From Thermofilaceae archaeon (GTDB lineage Archaea; Thermoproteota; Thermoprotei; Thermofilales; Thermofilaceae), in NCBI GenBank assembly GCA_038861545.1, contig JAWCCZ010000008.1, positions 1-22,348 of the forward strand: a stretch of 22,348 nucleotides of DNA. Direction: 5' to 3'. Under the pieces are notes generated by a model. That model saw only the letters and a list, made by a program, of their open reading frames with translations. It searched no databases and had not been told where the DNA came from. Below are positions 1-7,911 of this stretch, piece after piece. A program made the translations under genes and the position numbers. How positions within the stretch are numbered: position 1 is the first letter of the stretch; each line of letters begins with the position of its first letter.

Positions 1-1
1 A

Positions 2-373
2 ACAGTCCTTATATCCACGCATCTTCTACATGAAATCGGTCATATCTGCACGCACGCGGCCCTGATTCGGAAGGGTAAGTTAATAGCTCATGGCAGTCTA
101 GACGAATTGTCTAAGCCGTACATAGAAGCTAAAGGTTTCCTTTACGAGGTCACGGCTTCGAGCGAAGTTGAACGGCTTTTCCAAGAGGTTAAACAATTAG
201 ACAGCATCTTAGAGGTGAGCTTGGTTAACGATAAAATAAGGATTAGGGCGAAGAAGGATGTCAGCGACGAATTGTCCAGATTGGCCAGCATGTTCAGGGT
301 TAAATCGCTAACCTCCTTACCTCCTTCATGGGATGAGCTGTATCGGTATTACCAGGGGGGTGGTTGGGAATGA
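2..373 (+). CDS. ABC transporter ATP-binding protein, C-terminal part (5' truncated by window edge)
   Basis: Frame is open from base 2 and reads TVLISTHLLHEIGHICTHAALIRKGKLIAHG, the ABC H-loop region. It continues into the 107..373 ORF, and its TGA overlaps the ATG of the permease (ATGA, 370-373). Confidence 0.9.
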   Translation, partial: TVLISTHLLHEIGHICTHAALIRKGKLIAHGSLDELSKPYIEAKGFLYEVTASSEVERLFQEVKQLDSILEVSLVNDKIRIRAKKDVSDELSRLASMFRVKSLTSLPPSWDELYRYYQGGGWE

Positions 374-1299
374 ACGACAAGCTAGTTACGATAGTTAGAA
401 AAGAGTTGAAAGAGAATTTAAAAAGCATAAAGTATTGGGCGATCATTATACTCTTCATACTACTATACTTAGCAAGTTCCTACGCTGTGGGTTTCGCTCT
501 GCGTGGTTTTGGTGGGCCTGTAGGGATAACCCGCCGAACTCGGATGATCGTACAACTTACATCTTCTGTTACCGGTACGATGACTTATATAGCTCCGTTA
601 CTTGGCATAGCCTTGGGCTTCAGCGCTATAGCAGCTGAACGCGATAAAGGTACAATCAGACTTTTGCTCGCTAGGCCAATTTACAGAGACGACGTAGTGA
701 ACGGGAAGGTTTTAGCGGCGATAGTACTGATAGTTTTAGCTGTAGGGATGTCTACAGCTATAGCGATACCTCTTTCAGTTATTCTCCAGGGATTAAATGT
801 AACTGCTGAGGATTTATTAAGGTTGGTACTCACCGTCATACCGGCAACTTTACTCGCTTTAGCCTACTACGCAATAGCTTTATTCGCCTCCGTTAACGCA
901 GGCCGATCAAGCCACGCCCTCGTGATCGGAATTGTTACTTGGATATTCTTCGCTTTCCTGCTACCAATGCTAGCGTCGTTTGTTGCATTCTATACCTTAG
1001 GACCACCCCCAGCTATAACGTTCAACGCCACCAGGCCAGGGCAGATGCCAGAGCAGTTCCGAGAGTATTACTCCCGGTACCAACAGATATACAGCCAATT
1101 CCAGCTTATATCCCCAAACGATCGTTATACCTCTTTAGCTGGTGCATTATTTAGCATCCGAGAGCAGACAGAAGCCTACGAGAGCTTAATAGGTATACTT
1201 TCTAGGCGCTGGATAGATGTAATTGTGCTGCTAGCCTACACTATTGTCTTCATAGCATTATCCTATGTTTTCTTTGTTCGTAGACAGGAAACGAAGTAA
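370..1299 (+). CDS. ABC-2 type transporter permease (NosY/ABC2_membrane_2-like)
   Basis: Contains IVRKEL, AIAAERDKGTIRLLLARPIYR and about 6 hydrophobic segments. ATG 370 is preferred over TTG 364 because of the ATGA coupling and an upstream GGGGGTGG SD. Confidence 0.9.
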   Translation: MNDKLVTIVRKELKENLKSIKYWAIIILFILLYLASSYAVGFALRGFGGPVGITRRTRMIVQLTSSVTGTMTYIAPLLGIALGFSAIAAERDKGTIRLLLARPIYRDDVVNGKVLAAIVLIVLAVGMSTAIAIPLSVILQGLNVTAEDLLRLVLTVIPATLLALAYYAIALFASVNAGRSSHALVIGIVTWIFFAFLLPMLASFVAFYTLGPPPAITFNATRPGQMPEQFREYYSRYQQIYSQFQLISPNDRYTSLAGALFSIREQTEAYESLIGILSRRWIDVIVLLAYTIVFIALSYVFFVRRQETK

Positions 1300-1343
1300 A
1301 TTATTTTTCATATAATGGTACTTTTTCTCATCATACTCATAGG

Positions 1344-1357
1344 GAAAACTTATATAG
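1344..1357 (+). promoter_or_regulatory. BRE/TATA promoter of sor (probably leaderless)
   Basis: GAAAAC-TTATATA ends 22 nt before ATG 1378. Confidence 0.6.
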
Positions 1358-1377
1358 GATGTTCTTAATATCATACT

Positions 1378-1752
1378 ATGACATCGGAACTATTTAGAAC
1401 TGAGGACTGGAAAAAAGAGAAACACGTTCCTGTTATAGAAGTAATTGAGAGGAAAGATAACGTAGTAACCGTGAAGGTGAGCATAGGCAAGGAAATTCCA
1501 CACCCTAATACGACAGAGCACCATATAAGGTTTATAGAATTGCTTTTCTGGCCAGAAGGCGAGCCTTTTCCGTATAATATCGGACGGGCTGAATTCAATG
1601 CTCATGGCGAGTCAACTAAGGGGCCGAATACCAGCGGTGTTTACACAGAGCCCATAGCTTTTTTCACTTTCAAAGTAGAGAAGAGGGGCAAGCTCATAGC
1701 TTTCGAGTACTGTAATATACACGGGCTTTGGAAAAGCGAAGCTGAACTATAA
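1378..1752 (+). CDS. sor: Superoxide reductase (neelaredoxin-type, 1Fe-SOR)
   Basis: Has the iron-ligand motifs EKHVP, HPNTTEHHI and YCNIHGLW. 124 aa with no desulforedoxin domain. Confidence 0.95.
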   Translation: MTSELFRTEDWKKEKHVPVIEVIERKDNVVTVKVSIGKEIPHPNTTEHHIRFIELLFWPEGEPFPYNIGRAEFNAHGESTKGPNTSGVYTEPIAFFTFKVEKRGKLIAFEYCNIHGLWKSEAEL

Positions 1753-1770
1753 TTTATTTTGTTTAAATAG

Positions 1771-2178
1771 TTATTTTTCTTCTATGATGAAAAGTTCATC
1801 ATCATTTTTCAGAATAACAGCTTTATAGGCTGTGTTCTCGTCCTTTTCTCGGAGGATCTGTTCCAAGCTAAGTGCAGGCTTTAGACAGATTCTCCCCTTG
1901 CTTGATTCGAATATAATCATCACTTCGTTTCCAGGCACCACCTTTAAATTTTGTTTACCGAGCGTGCATGGCGAGCCGGATTGAATCCCATCGAGTATAC
2001 AACTGTAGGGAGTTCGTAGTGGGATAACCGCTGTGCAGAGCATGTCTTTATGATCCTTGGGTTCGAGTTTCTTCACGGCGAAAACAGCCGCACGATAGCC
2101 CCATGCTAAAAACGGTCCCGGGTGCCCGTGAAACTTTACGGCTTCATCCGGATCCAGCATCTGTAACACCTTTTTCAT
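1771..2178 (-). CDS. FmdE/FwdE-family metal-binding protein (short form)
   Basis: Has FHGHPGPFLAWG and SCILDGIQSGSPCTLGK motifs. The start may instead be ATG 2160. Confidence 0.85.
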   Translation of the reverse strand: MKKVLQMLDPDEAVKFHGHPGPFLAWGYRAAVFAVKKLEPKDHKDMLCTAVIPLRTPYSCILDGIQSGSPCTLGKQNLKVVPGNEVMIIFESSKGRICLKPALSLEQILREKDENTAYKAVILKNDDELFIIEEK

Positions 2179-2191
2179 ATAAGGTGTTACA
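2162..2191. promoter_or_regulatory. Perfect 11-bp inverted repeat, candidate operator (GTAACA-N16-TGTTAC)
   Basis: TGTAACACCTT (2162-2172) and AAGGTGTTACA (2181-2191) flank an 8-nt spacer that contains the annotated fmdE start codon. Confidence 0.65.
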
Positions 2192-2218
2192 ATAACCTTT
2201 TATTTTTATCCTAAAAAT

Positions 2219-2248
2219 GGTATGTATCTAGGAAAGAATCTACATACC
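2219..2248. promoter_or_regulatory. 8-bp inverted repeat, candidate operator (GTATGT-N16-ACATAC)
   Basis: GGTATGTA (2219-2226) and TACATACC (2241-2248) are separated by 14 nt, in the fmdE/ABC divergent intergenic region. Confidence 0.5.
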
Positions 2249-2394
2249 TATATAGTATTCATCTTTCAATGCAAAGAAGATTTAAATCCTGCCAGCGAAG
2301 ATACTGAGGAGCTCCACTGTGGATGTAGGTATTGTATTCAAGGAATTTAAGGGATGTTACAGTAGTGTAAGCTTGAGAATAAGGGTGAAACACA

Positions 2395-3126
2395 ATGCCA
2401 GTTGTAGAAGTTGAAAATTTAATCAAAGATTTTGGCGCTTATAGAGCATTGCAGGGTGTCAGCTTCTCGGTAGATGAGGGCGTGGTTTTTGGCCTAGTAG
2501 GCCCAAACGGGGCTGGGAAGACCACTACTTTCAGGATCATAGCCGGATTACTGCCCCCTACCAGTGGCGAGGTTAGTGTTCTCGGTATGGAGCCTGGAGA
2601 TGTTAAGCTTCGAAGACTTATGGCTTACTTGCCGGAGGATGCTGGAGCTTATAGGAATATTACCGGCTACGAGTTCCTCGCGCTCATAGCTAGGCTTTAC
2701 TTCGGAAGAAGCAGAGAAGCTGAGGAGGCGCTGGAGCTTGGGTTGAAGATAGCGAATTTAGGGGATAAGGTTCACGATAAGATGAAGAATTACAGCAAAG
2801 GTATGAAAAGGAGGATCCAGGTTGCTAGAGCTTTAATGGTGAAACCCAAGGTGCTTGTACTCGATGAGCCTACAGCTGGCCTCGACGTAGTTAACGCGAA
2901 GGAGATTCGAGACCTGATAGTTCAGTACGCGCAGACGCTTGGTACAACTGTACTTGTATCAAGTCATAACATGACGGAAGTTGAGAAGGTGTGTTCAACT
3001 GTTGCACTCATTAATAGAGGTTTAATCTTAGAGCAAGGGTATGTAAGTGAACTATTGAGTAAACATGGTGTTAAGGATCTCGAAGACCTGTTTCTAAAAC
3101 TAGTAGGAAGTGATTCACGATGGTAA
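2395..3126 (+). CDS. ABC exporter ATP-binding protein (NatA-like)
   Basis: Walker A GPNGAGKT, signature YSKGM, Walker B LVLDEP and H-loop SSH are present, with a GGGTGA SD upstream. Confidence 0.95.
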   Translation: MPVVEVENLIKDFGAYRALQGVSFSVDEGVVFGLVGPNGAGKTTTFRIIAGLLPPTSGEVSVLGMEPGDVKLRRLMAYLPEDAGAYRNITGYEFLALIARLYFGRSREAEEALELGLKIANLGDKVHDKMKNYSKGMKRRIQVARALMVKPKVLVLDEPTAGLDVVNAKEIRDLIVQYAQTLGTTVLVSSHNMTEVEKVCSTVALINRGLILEQGYVSELLSKHGVKDLEDLFLKLVGSDSRW

Positions 3127-4451
3127 ATTTCTCTGCAATTGCAGCGTTATCGCTTAAGGAATTCCGTGATCTTATACGTGATCCAAGAGTAATAATCCCT
3201 TTTTTAATAGGCTCTTTGATCATGCCAGTGCTGGGCGCTGTCCTTTCCATACCTATGAAGTACGCCGCGGAGCAGGCTATGAAAGTCAAAACTATCGCGG
3301 TCGCCGATTTCGATGAAAGCCACGAAGCTAAGATGCTGATGGACTGGTTAACAAAATACAGTATACCGCTAGTAGAGGTTAAAGGATCGTCAAACGAGGA
3401 ACTGGCTCGCACGGCGGCGCAGAGAGGTGCTGTTGCAGTTCTAGTAATTGAACCCGGTTTTTCAGCATCTTTGGCTGCTAGGGAGAAACCGAGAGTAAGG
3501 TTTGTAGCTGTGGCCCGCGAAATAACATTATTTTCCAGTGTAGAAGGTGCTTTCATAATCGATGCTGTGAAGCGTTACGTAGAGTATCGATTATTGGAGG
3601 GCACAGGTTTAAACCCGGATTTGTTGAGATCACCGTTGTACGTAAACGAGTCGGTCTACCTTCTACCGAAGGATATTATGCTACAAGGAGGTTACAGTAG
3701 CCTGATGGGTTTAATGATGGCAGCTATGTTTGTTCCTATAATACTTGTAAGCGTAGTGCTAGTAGTAGTGCAGATGGCAGCTACATCAATGGCCGTCGAG
3801 AATGAGGAAAGAACATTCGAAACCCTGTTGACGCTACCTGTTTCTAATTCTGAAATTTTAATATCGAAGCTATTCGGTATGTTTTCTGTATCCTTACTCG
3901 GCACAATTCTACAAATAGTCGGTCTAGCAGGTTATCTATACCTCTACATGGGTAGCTTAACTCCGCTGATGGCAGGAGGAGCACAGGCTTTCAGCCTCGG
4001 ATTAATAATATCACCAGCTGACATCGCATACTTGGCTATCAGCCTACTGTTATCGCTTTTCTTCGCAGCTGCAATTGGCATCGTTGTCGGTGCATTAAGC
4101 CGTGACGTTATGATAGCTAACACTATAGTCGGGCCCCTTAGTATGCTAGTTTACCTGCCAGGCTTTTTCCTCGCCTTTGCACCAGGTGATTTAATTGGAG
4201 GTTGGCTTAAAATTATCCTTTATGCGCTGCCGTTTACCCAGTCGGTTGTTGCTGCTAAAGACGCGGTGGGGGCAACCATCCCCCATGAAGCGCCGCTGTA
4301 CCTGCTAGTATCGCTAGGAATTTCCCTAGCATCAGTGTTTCTTACCTCTAAACTATTATCTCTGGAAACTTTATCGTCTCTTCAATACAGAGTGGTTAGG
4401 CTAACAGCGCGTATGCAGCGGAGGAAAACCGAAACAAGAGTCCAGCAGTAG
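3120..4451 (+). CDS. ABC-2 exporter permease (NatB-like) with large extracytoplasmic loop
   Basis: Contains KEFRDLIRDPR, one N-terminal TM helix, a soluble loop, ENEERTFETLLTLPVS and multiple TMs. Overlaps the ATPase gene by 7 bp. Confidence 0.9.
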   Translation: MVNFSAIAALSLKEFRDLIRDPRVIIPFLIGSLIMPVLGAVLSIPMKYAAEQAMKVKTIAVADFDESHEAKMLMDWLTKYSIPLVEVKGSSNEELARTAAQRGAVAVLVIEPGFSASLAAREKPRVRFVAVAREITLFSSVEGAFIIDAVKRYVEYRLLEGTGLNPDLLRSPLYVNESVYLLPKDIMLQGGYSSLMGLMMAAMFVPIILVSVVLVVVQMAATSMAVENEERTFETLLTLPVSNSEILISKLFGMFSVSLLGTILQIVGLAGYLYLYMGSLTPLMAGGAQAFSLGLIISPADIAYLAISLLLSLFFAAAIGIVVGALSRDVMIANTIVGPLSMLVYLPGFFLAFAPGDLIGGWLKIILYALPFTQSVVAAKDAVGATIPHEAPLYLLVSLGISLASVFLTSKLLSLETLSSLQYRVVRLTARMQRRKTETRVQQ

Positions 4452-4518
4452 GAAGCACGGTTAGCGTTAAGTCCCCCAAAAGCAAAGAATTTATTAGAGT
4501 GGTAATCCGCATCATCAC

Positions 4519-4740
4519 ATGAGCTTCAGTAGAATATACGCAGAAGTATCGAGAAAGTTGCTTGAAAAGGGTTTCTTAAACAGAGATGAGCTAGATGAAC
4601 TGTACGAGATCTACGGCGACAATGCTAGAGATGCGCTTGACGCACTAGTGGCTGCCGGAGCAGCTCGTTATACGGCTATCGGCGTAGAAGCTGTGAACCG
4701 GCAAAAGCTTGCCCGAATTGCTAAATCGACTAACCGTTAA
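4519..4740 (+). CDS. Small hypothetical protein, possible winged-helix fold
   Basis: 73 aa with a helix-helix-helix-strand pattern (LNRDEL...ARDALDALVAAGAARY). It has its own BRE/TATA (AAAGAATTTATTA, 4484-4496). Confidence 0.7.
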   Translation: MSFSRIYAEVSRKLLEKGFLNRDELDELYEIYGDNARDALDALVAAGAARYTAIGVEAVNRQKLARIAKSTNR

Positions 4741-4859
4741 TGATTATTCCAACAAAGTCGTCTTCTCCCGGCTCTCAGGGTATTTCCCTAATCAACAGTG
4801 ACTTTATTTCCCGTTCAACTAATCCTGCCGGTTATTCTCGCCGAGGCTAGTGTGAGAAT

Positions 4860-5243
4860 TTGGATGCTGGGCGAGCGCTAGCTTTAGCGAAAAGGGTTAT
4901 AGCGGGAGAGCCTATTGAAGGTTACCAAGAACTTTATACTGTTTTCCTTGAATTAAGGGTATTGTTCAGTAAATCATCCTCATGGTATGAAAGGGCTCTA
5001 GCAAGGGCGATTCTCGGCGTGCGACAAGTGGGTGAAGGACACTGGCTTGTCCCGAGTTTGCCAGGTGATTACCACGCGTTCTATAACGTCTGGCTCAGTG
5101 CAGAGGGGAAGTACAAATGTGATTGTCATTCGAGAACATTCGGCAGCTCTAGGGAGAAGTCTATCTGTACTCACGTCGCAGGCGTGATAATTTCACGTAG
5201 ATGGGAGAAACTTAAAAGGGATTTAGGGCTTGCCACTAGTTAA
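4860..5243 (+). CDS. SWIM zinc-finger protein
   Basis: YNVWL...YKCDC-x13-CTH matches the SWIM CxC-xn-CxH pattern. TTG start. Confidence 0.8.
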   Translation: MDAGRALALAKRVIAGEPIEGYQELYTVFLELRVLFSKSSSWYERALARAILGVRQVGEGHWLVPSLPGDYHAFYNVWLSAEGKYKCDCHSRTFGSSREKSICTHVAGVIISRRWEKLKRDLGLATS

Positions 5244-5272
5244 GCGTTTAAAGCCGTGTCTACGGTAGCATT

Positions 5273-5890
5273 GTGTCAATAACGGTCAGCTTAGTTGAAT
5301 ACATCATAAACCTAATCGCTACTTTAGGGCTCGTAGGAGTATTAGCCTTGACTGCACTGGAGATACTACTAGCCCCGATCCCAGGCGAGGTGGTGATGAC
5401 TTTCGCCGGTTTCCTCATCAATACTGGAAAGTTCGGTTTCACAGAAGTTATTTTAGTTAGTATTACAGGGAACCTTATAGGTTCGCTTATATCCTATTGG
5501 ATAGGGTTAAAACTTGGTAGACCAGCTCTCTTAAAGATTGGAAGATACTTGCGATTCAGCGAGAGAGACCTGGAAGCCGCTGAGAATTTTTTCCAAAGAA
5601 AAGGATCTTTAGCTATTCTAGTCGGAAGGCTAGTGCCGGGATTAAGGTCGGTGATAAGCTTTCCAGCTGGTGTTGCCCATATGAACTTACAGGTTTTTAT
5701 CACGTTTACACTGTTCGGCAGCTTAGCTTGGAACGTTCTTTTCGTTTATATTGGCTTTCTGCTCGGTGAGAGGTGGTCAGAGATTACGGCTTACTCGGAA
5801 TATCTTGATGTAGTTGGAGTGGCTATTTTAATGCTCCTCGGGATCTACTTTATTTGGAGGTTAATGAGAAGATCAAACAAGCCTTTATAA
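5273..5890 (+). CDS. dedA: DedA family membrane protein
   Basis: Contains PIPGEVVMTFAG, GSLISYWIG and GRLVPGLRSVISFPAG motifs. Confidence 0.92.
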   Translation: MSITVSLVEYIINLIATLGLVGVLALTALEILLAPIPGEVVMTFAGFLINTGKFGFTEVILVSITGNLIGSLISYWIGLKLGRPALLKIGRYLRFSERDLEAAENFFQRKGSLAILVGRLVPGLRSVISFPAGVAHMNLQVFITFTLFGSLAWNVLFVYIGFLLGERWSEITAYSEYLDVVGVAILMLLGIYFIWRLMRRSNKPL

Positions 5891-5893
5891 ACC

Positions 5894-7597
5894 CTAAAAT
5901 AAGGTTTTCCAACCACACACTATGTATTCTTCCAGCACCCTCTCATAAGTTGCCAGTAAATGGCTGATTATTTGCCCCCATCTGTAGAGTTCTTCAACTC
6001 TTCTCCTTCCTCTGTAACCCATCTCCTGCGAACGGGGGTCGTTAAGTACGCGCTCGATAGCTTCTGCCAGCGCAGGTGAATCCTCTGGTGGTACAACTAT
6101 TCCAGTCTCATTATCGACTACTAACTCGCTTAAACCTCCAACCTTCGAGGCTACTATAGGCTTCGCCGCTGCCATAGCCTCCAGGGCAACAATTCCAAAT
6201 GGTTCGTATCGAGAAGGTATTGCAACAACATCGGCTATCTTCATCACCTTGTACAACTCATCATCGCTGAGCCTTCCTGTGAACAGGATTTTTTCGCCTA
6301 ATCCAAAGTAGCGCGCTAAATCCATCAGCTGAGCTCTCATCGGCCCATCGCCTGCGACTACAAACTTTACGTCATCTCGTTTAGACAGGACCATACGTGC
6401 GGCATTAACTAGTACATCCACTCCCTTATCGTATACGTGCCGTCCCGCGAAGAACACAATCTTTTCCCACGGTAAAGCGTAACGGCTCCGTTCTTCTGCT
6501 GACGGCGTACGAGCATCTATCTCCGCCAAGTCTATGCCATTAGGCAATACAGAAACCTTATCGCTAGGTAAAGAAAACGCTGCAGTAACCTCGTCTCGCA
6601 TGGATTTACTGCATACGAATACTCTCCAAGCTTCGTACGTTAACCTCCACTCCCAGTAGTGAATTTGGTGTTGCATAGGAGACCATATTCTCCCCCTGCT
6701 CCTGCCGTACTCCGTAGCGTGCATCGTGGCGATTAGCGGGATGCGGAGAATGTGTTTTAACGAAACTCCGGCTGGTGCTCCAAGCCAATCGTGAACATGT
6801 ATTATATCTGGGCGCGGAATACTCGTTAAAGCTTTGGCGATCATAAGCATGTTGAAGGCGTAAACCCACGATACGAGTCCTGTAGAACGTAGGAGGAAGG
6901 GATCAACACGTAAAACCCTTAGCTTATTCTCCGTTTCGTCGAATACGTGTCCGGGAAGCCCTATCGTTAGAATGTAGACGTTAACGCGCCTGGCCATTCT
7001 TCGAGCGATGCTTGTGACGGCTCTACCTAAGCCCCCGATTACGTGAGGTGGCCATTCCCAGGAAACGTGTACGACGTTGAATCCCTCAGGTTTGGATAAG
7101 CCGCAAAGTTGCTCGCGGCTCTTGGGTTTTTCTACGGCAAATCCCTTCCTTCTATGAATGACGACATCGGCCTCTTTTTGTAGGAAGTATTCTATACTTT
7201 TCACAGCTTCTGCTATAACGCCGCTCCCGCCTCTTTCCTCTTCTGTCGAGTACAGCGAGTACCTGAAAGTTTTCCCCAACCGTTTAGATAGAATATAAGC
7301 TAATAACGCTCCTCGCCACTCGTGCCCCTCAACAGCCTCTATACCACTCGGATCCAGTTTGTAGGGTAGCTCTGCAAGTGCCGTGAATACTTCCAGGAAA
7401 GCCTCTTCCACAACATCTGATGTAGGGATCTTTGGGGGTAGGCCAGCACCTACAATTTGTACATTTCCAATAGAGCTTCGTCCCTCATGGCCGAGGAGGA
7501 TCACAACACCCTCTTCTATGTTTTCTTTAACCCAGTAAGCGAGCTGACCTACCCCTTTAACCGGGTCAATCTCGGGAGCGACGTGAAGCACGGACAC
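5894..7597 (-). CDS. GT4 glycosyltransferase (GT-B) with an extra degenerate N-terminal domain
   Basis: Contains SWEWPPHVIGGLG, HVHDW, TMHATE, FAGRHVYDKG and PSRYEPFGIVALEAMA. An extra ~170-aa N-terminal segment precedes this core. Confidence 0.9.
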   Translation of the reverse strand: MSVLHVAPEIDPVKGVGQLAYWVKENIEEGVVILLGHEGRSSIGNVQIVGAGLPPKIPTSDVVEEAFLEVFTALAELPYKLDPSGIEAVEGHEWRGALLAYILSKRLGKTFRYSLYSTEEERGGSGVIAEAVKSIEYFLQKEADVVIHRRKGFAVEKPKSREQLCGLSKPEGFNVVHVSWEWPPHVIGGLGRAVTSIARRMARRVNVYILTIGLPGHVFDETENKLRVLRVDPFLLRSTGLVSWVYAFNMLMIAKALTSIPRPDIIHVHDWLGAPAGVSLKHILRIPLIATMHATEYGRSRGRIWSPMQHQIHYWEWRLTYEAWRVFVCSKSMRDEVTAAFSLPSDKVSVLPNGIDLAEIDARTPSAEERSRYALPWEKIVFFAGRHVYDKGVDVLVNAARMVLSKRDDVKFVVAGDGPMRAQLMDLARYFGLGEKILFTGRLSDDELYKVMKIADVVAIPSRYEPFGIVALEAMAAAKPIVASKVGGLSELVVDNETGIVVPPEDSPALAEAIERVLNDPRSQEMGYRGRRRVEELYRWGQIISHLLATYERVLEEYIVCGWKTLF

Positions 7598-7624
7598 ACT
7601 TACACGCCCGGCAGGCTTAGGACG

Positions 7625-7849
7625 TCAACAAAACGTACTATTCACTTTTAAAATGCCTAGTTCTGTTAGGTAAATTTTAACGCCCTTAATAACGAGGTAC
7701 GACATTTCGCTCAGGGATCTTAGCATTTCGGCCAGCTCGGACTCTGATGAGTTCAAGATCCTCGAGAGCTCGTCGACGGTCACTGCCTTGCTCTCCTCTA
7801 CTGCGGAAAGGGAATGAAGGGTCTTCAACAACTCAAACGGATCTAGCAT
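7625..7849 (-). CDS. Small winged helix-turn-helix protein
   Basis: TVDELSRIL...ELAEMLRSLSEMSYLV...IYLTELG is a typical wHTH pattern. It ends 27 bp upstream of the GT4 gene on the same strand. Confidence 0.75.
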   Translation of the reverse strand: MLDPFELLKTLHSLSAVEESKAVTVDELSRILNSSESELAEMLRSLSEMSYLVIKGVKIYLTELGILKVNSTFC

Positions 7850-7873
7850 AGCTGGATTTATATCAAACGGTAG

Positions 7874-7887
7874 CTAAAATTTTTTAG
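7874..7887. promoter_or_regulatory. Palindromic bidirectional TATA-like element CTAAAA-TT-TTTTAG
   Basis: The element edges lie exactly 25 nt from both divergent ATGs (7849 on -, 7912 on +). Confidence 0.6.
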
Positions 7888-7911
7888 GTTCTCTCATCTC
7901 AACACACGGTC

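Noticed and set aside
435-1154. Alternative-frame ORFs 435..638 and 939..1154
   Set aside because: Nested in the well-supported permease and have no recognisable motifs.
1371-1605. Two antisense ORFs over sor
   Set aside because: Shadows of a clear conserved gene.
2104-2133. FmdE HGHxC motif changed to HGHPG
   Set aside because: Gly at this position is, to my knowledge, common in short archaeal FmdE proteins, so it is not clearly unusual.
2319-2414. 31-codon GTG ORF upstream of the ABC ATPase
   Set aside because: Short, has no motif and overlaps a likely promoter and the ATPase start.
3071-3904. Antisense ORFs 3071..3556 and 3692..3904
   Set aside because: Shadows of the NatB-like permease.
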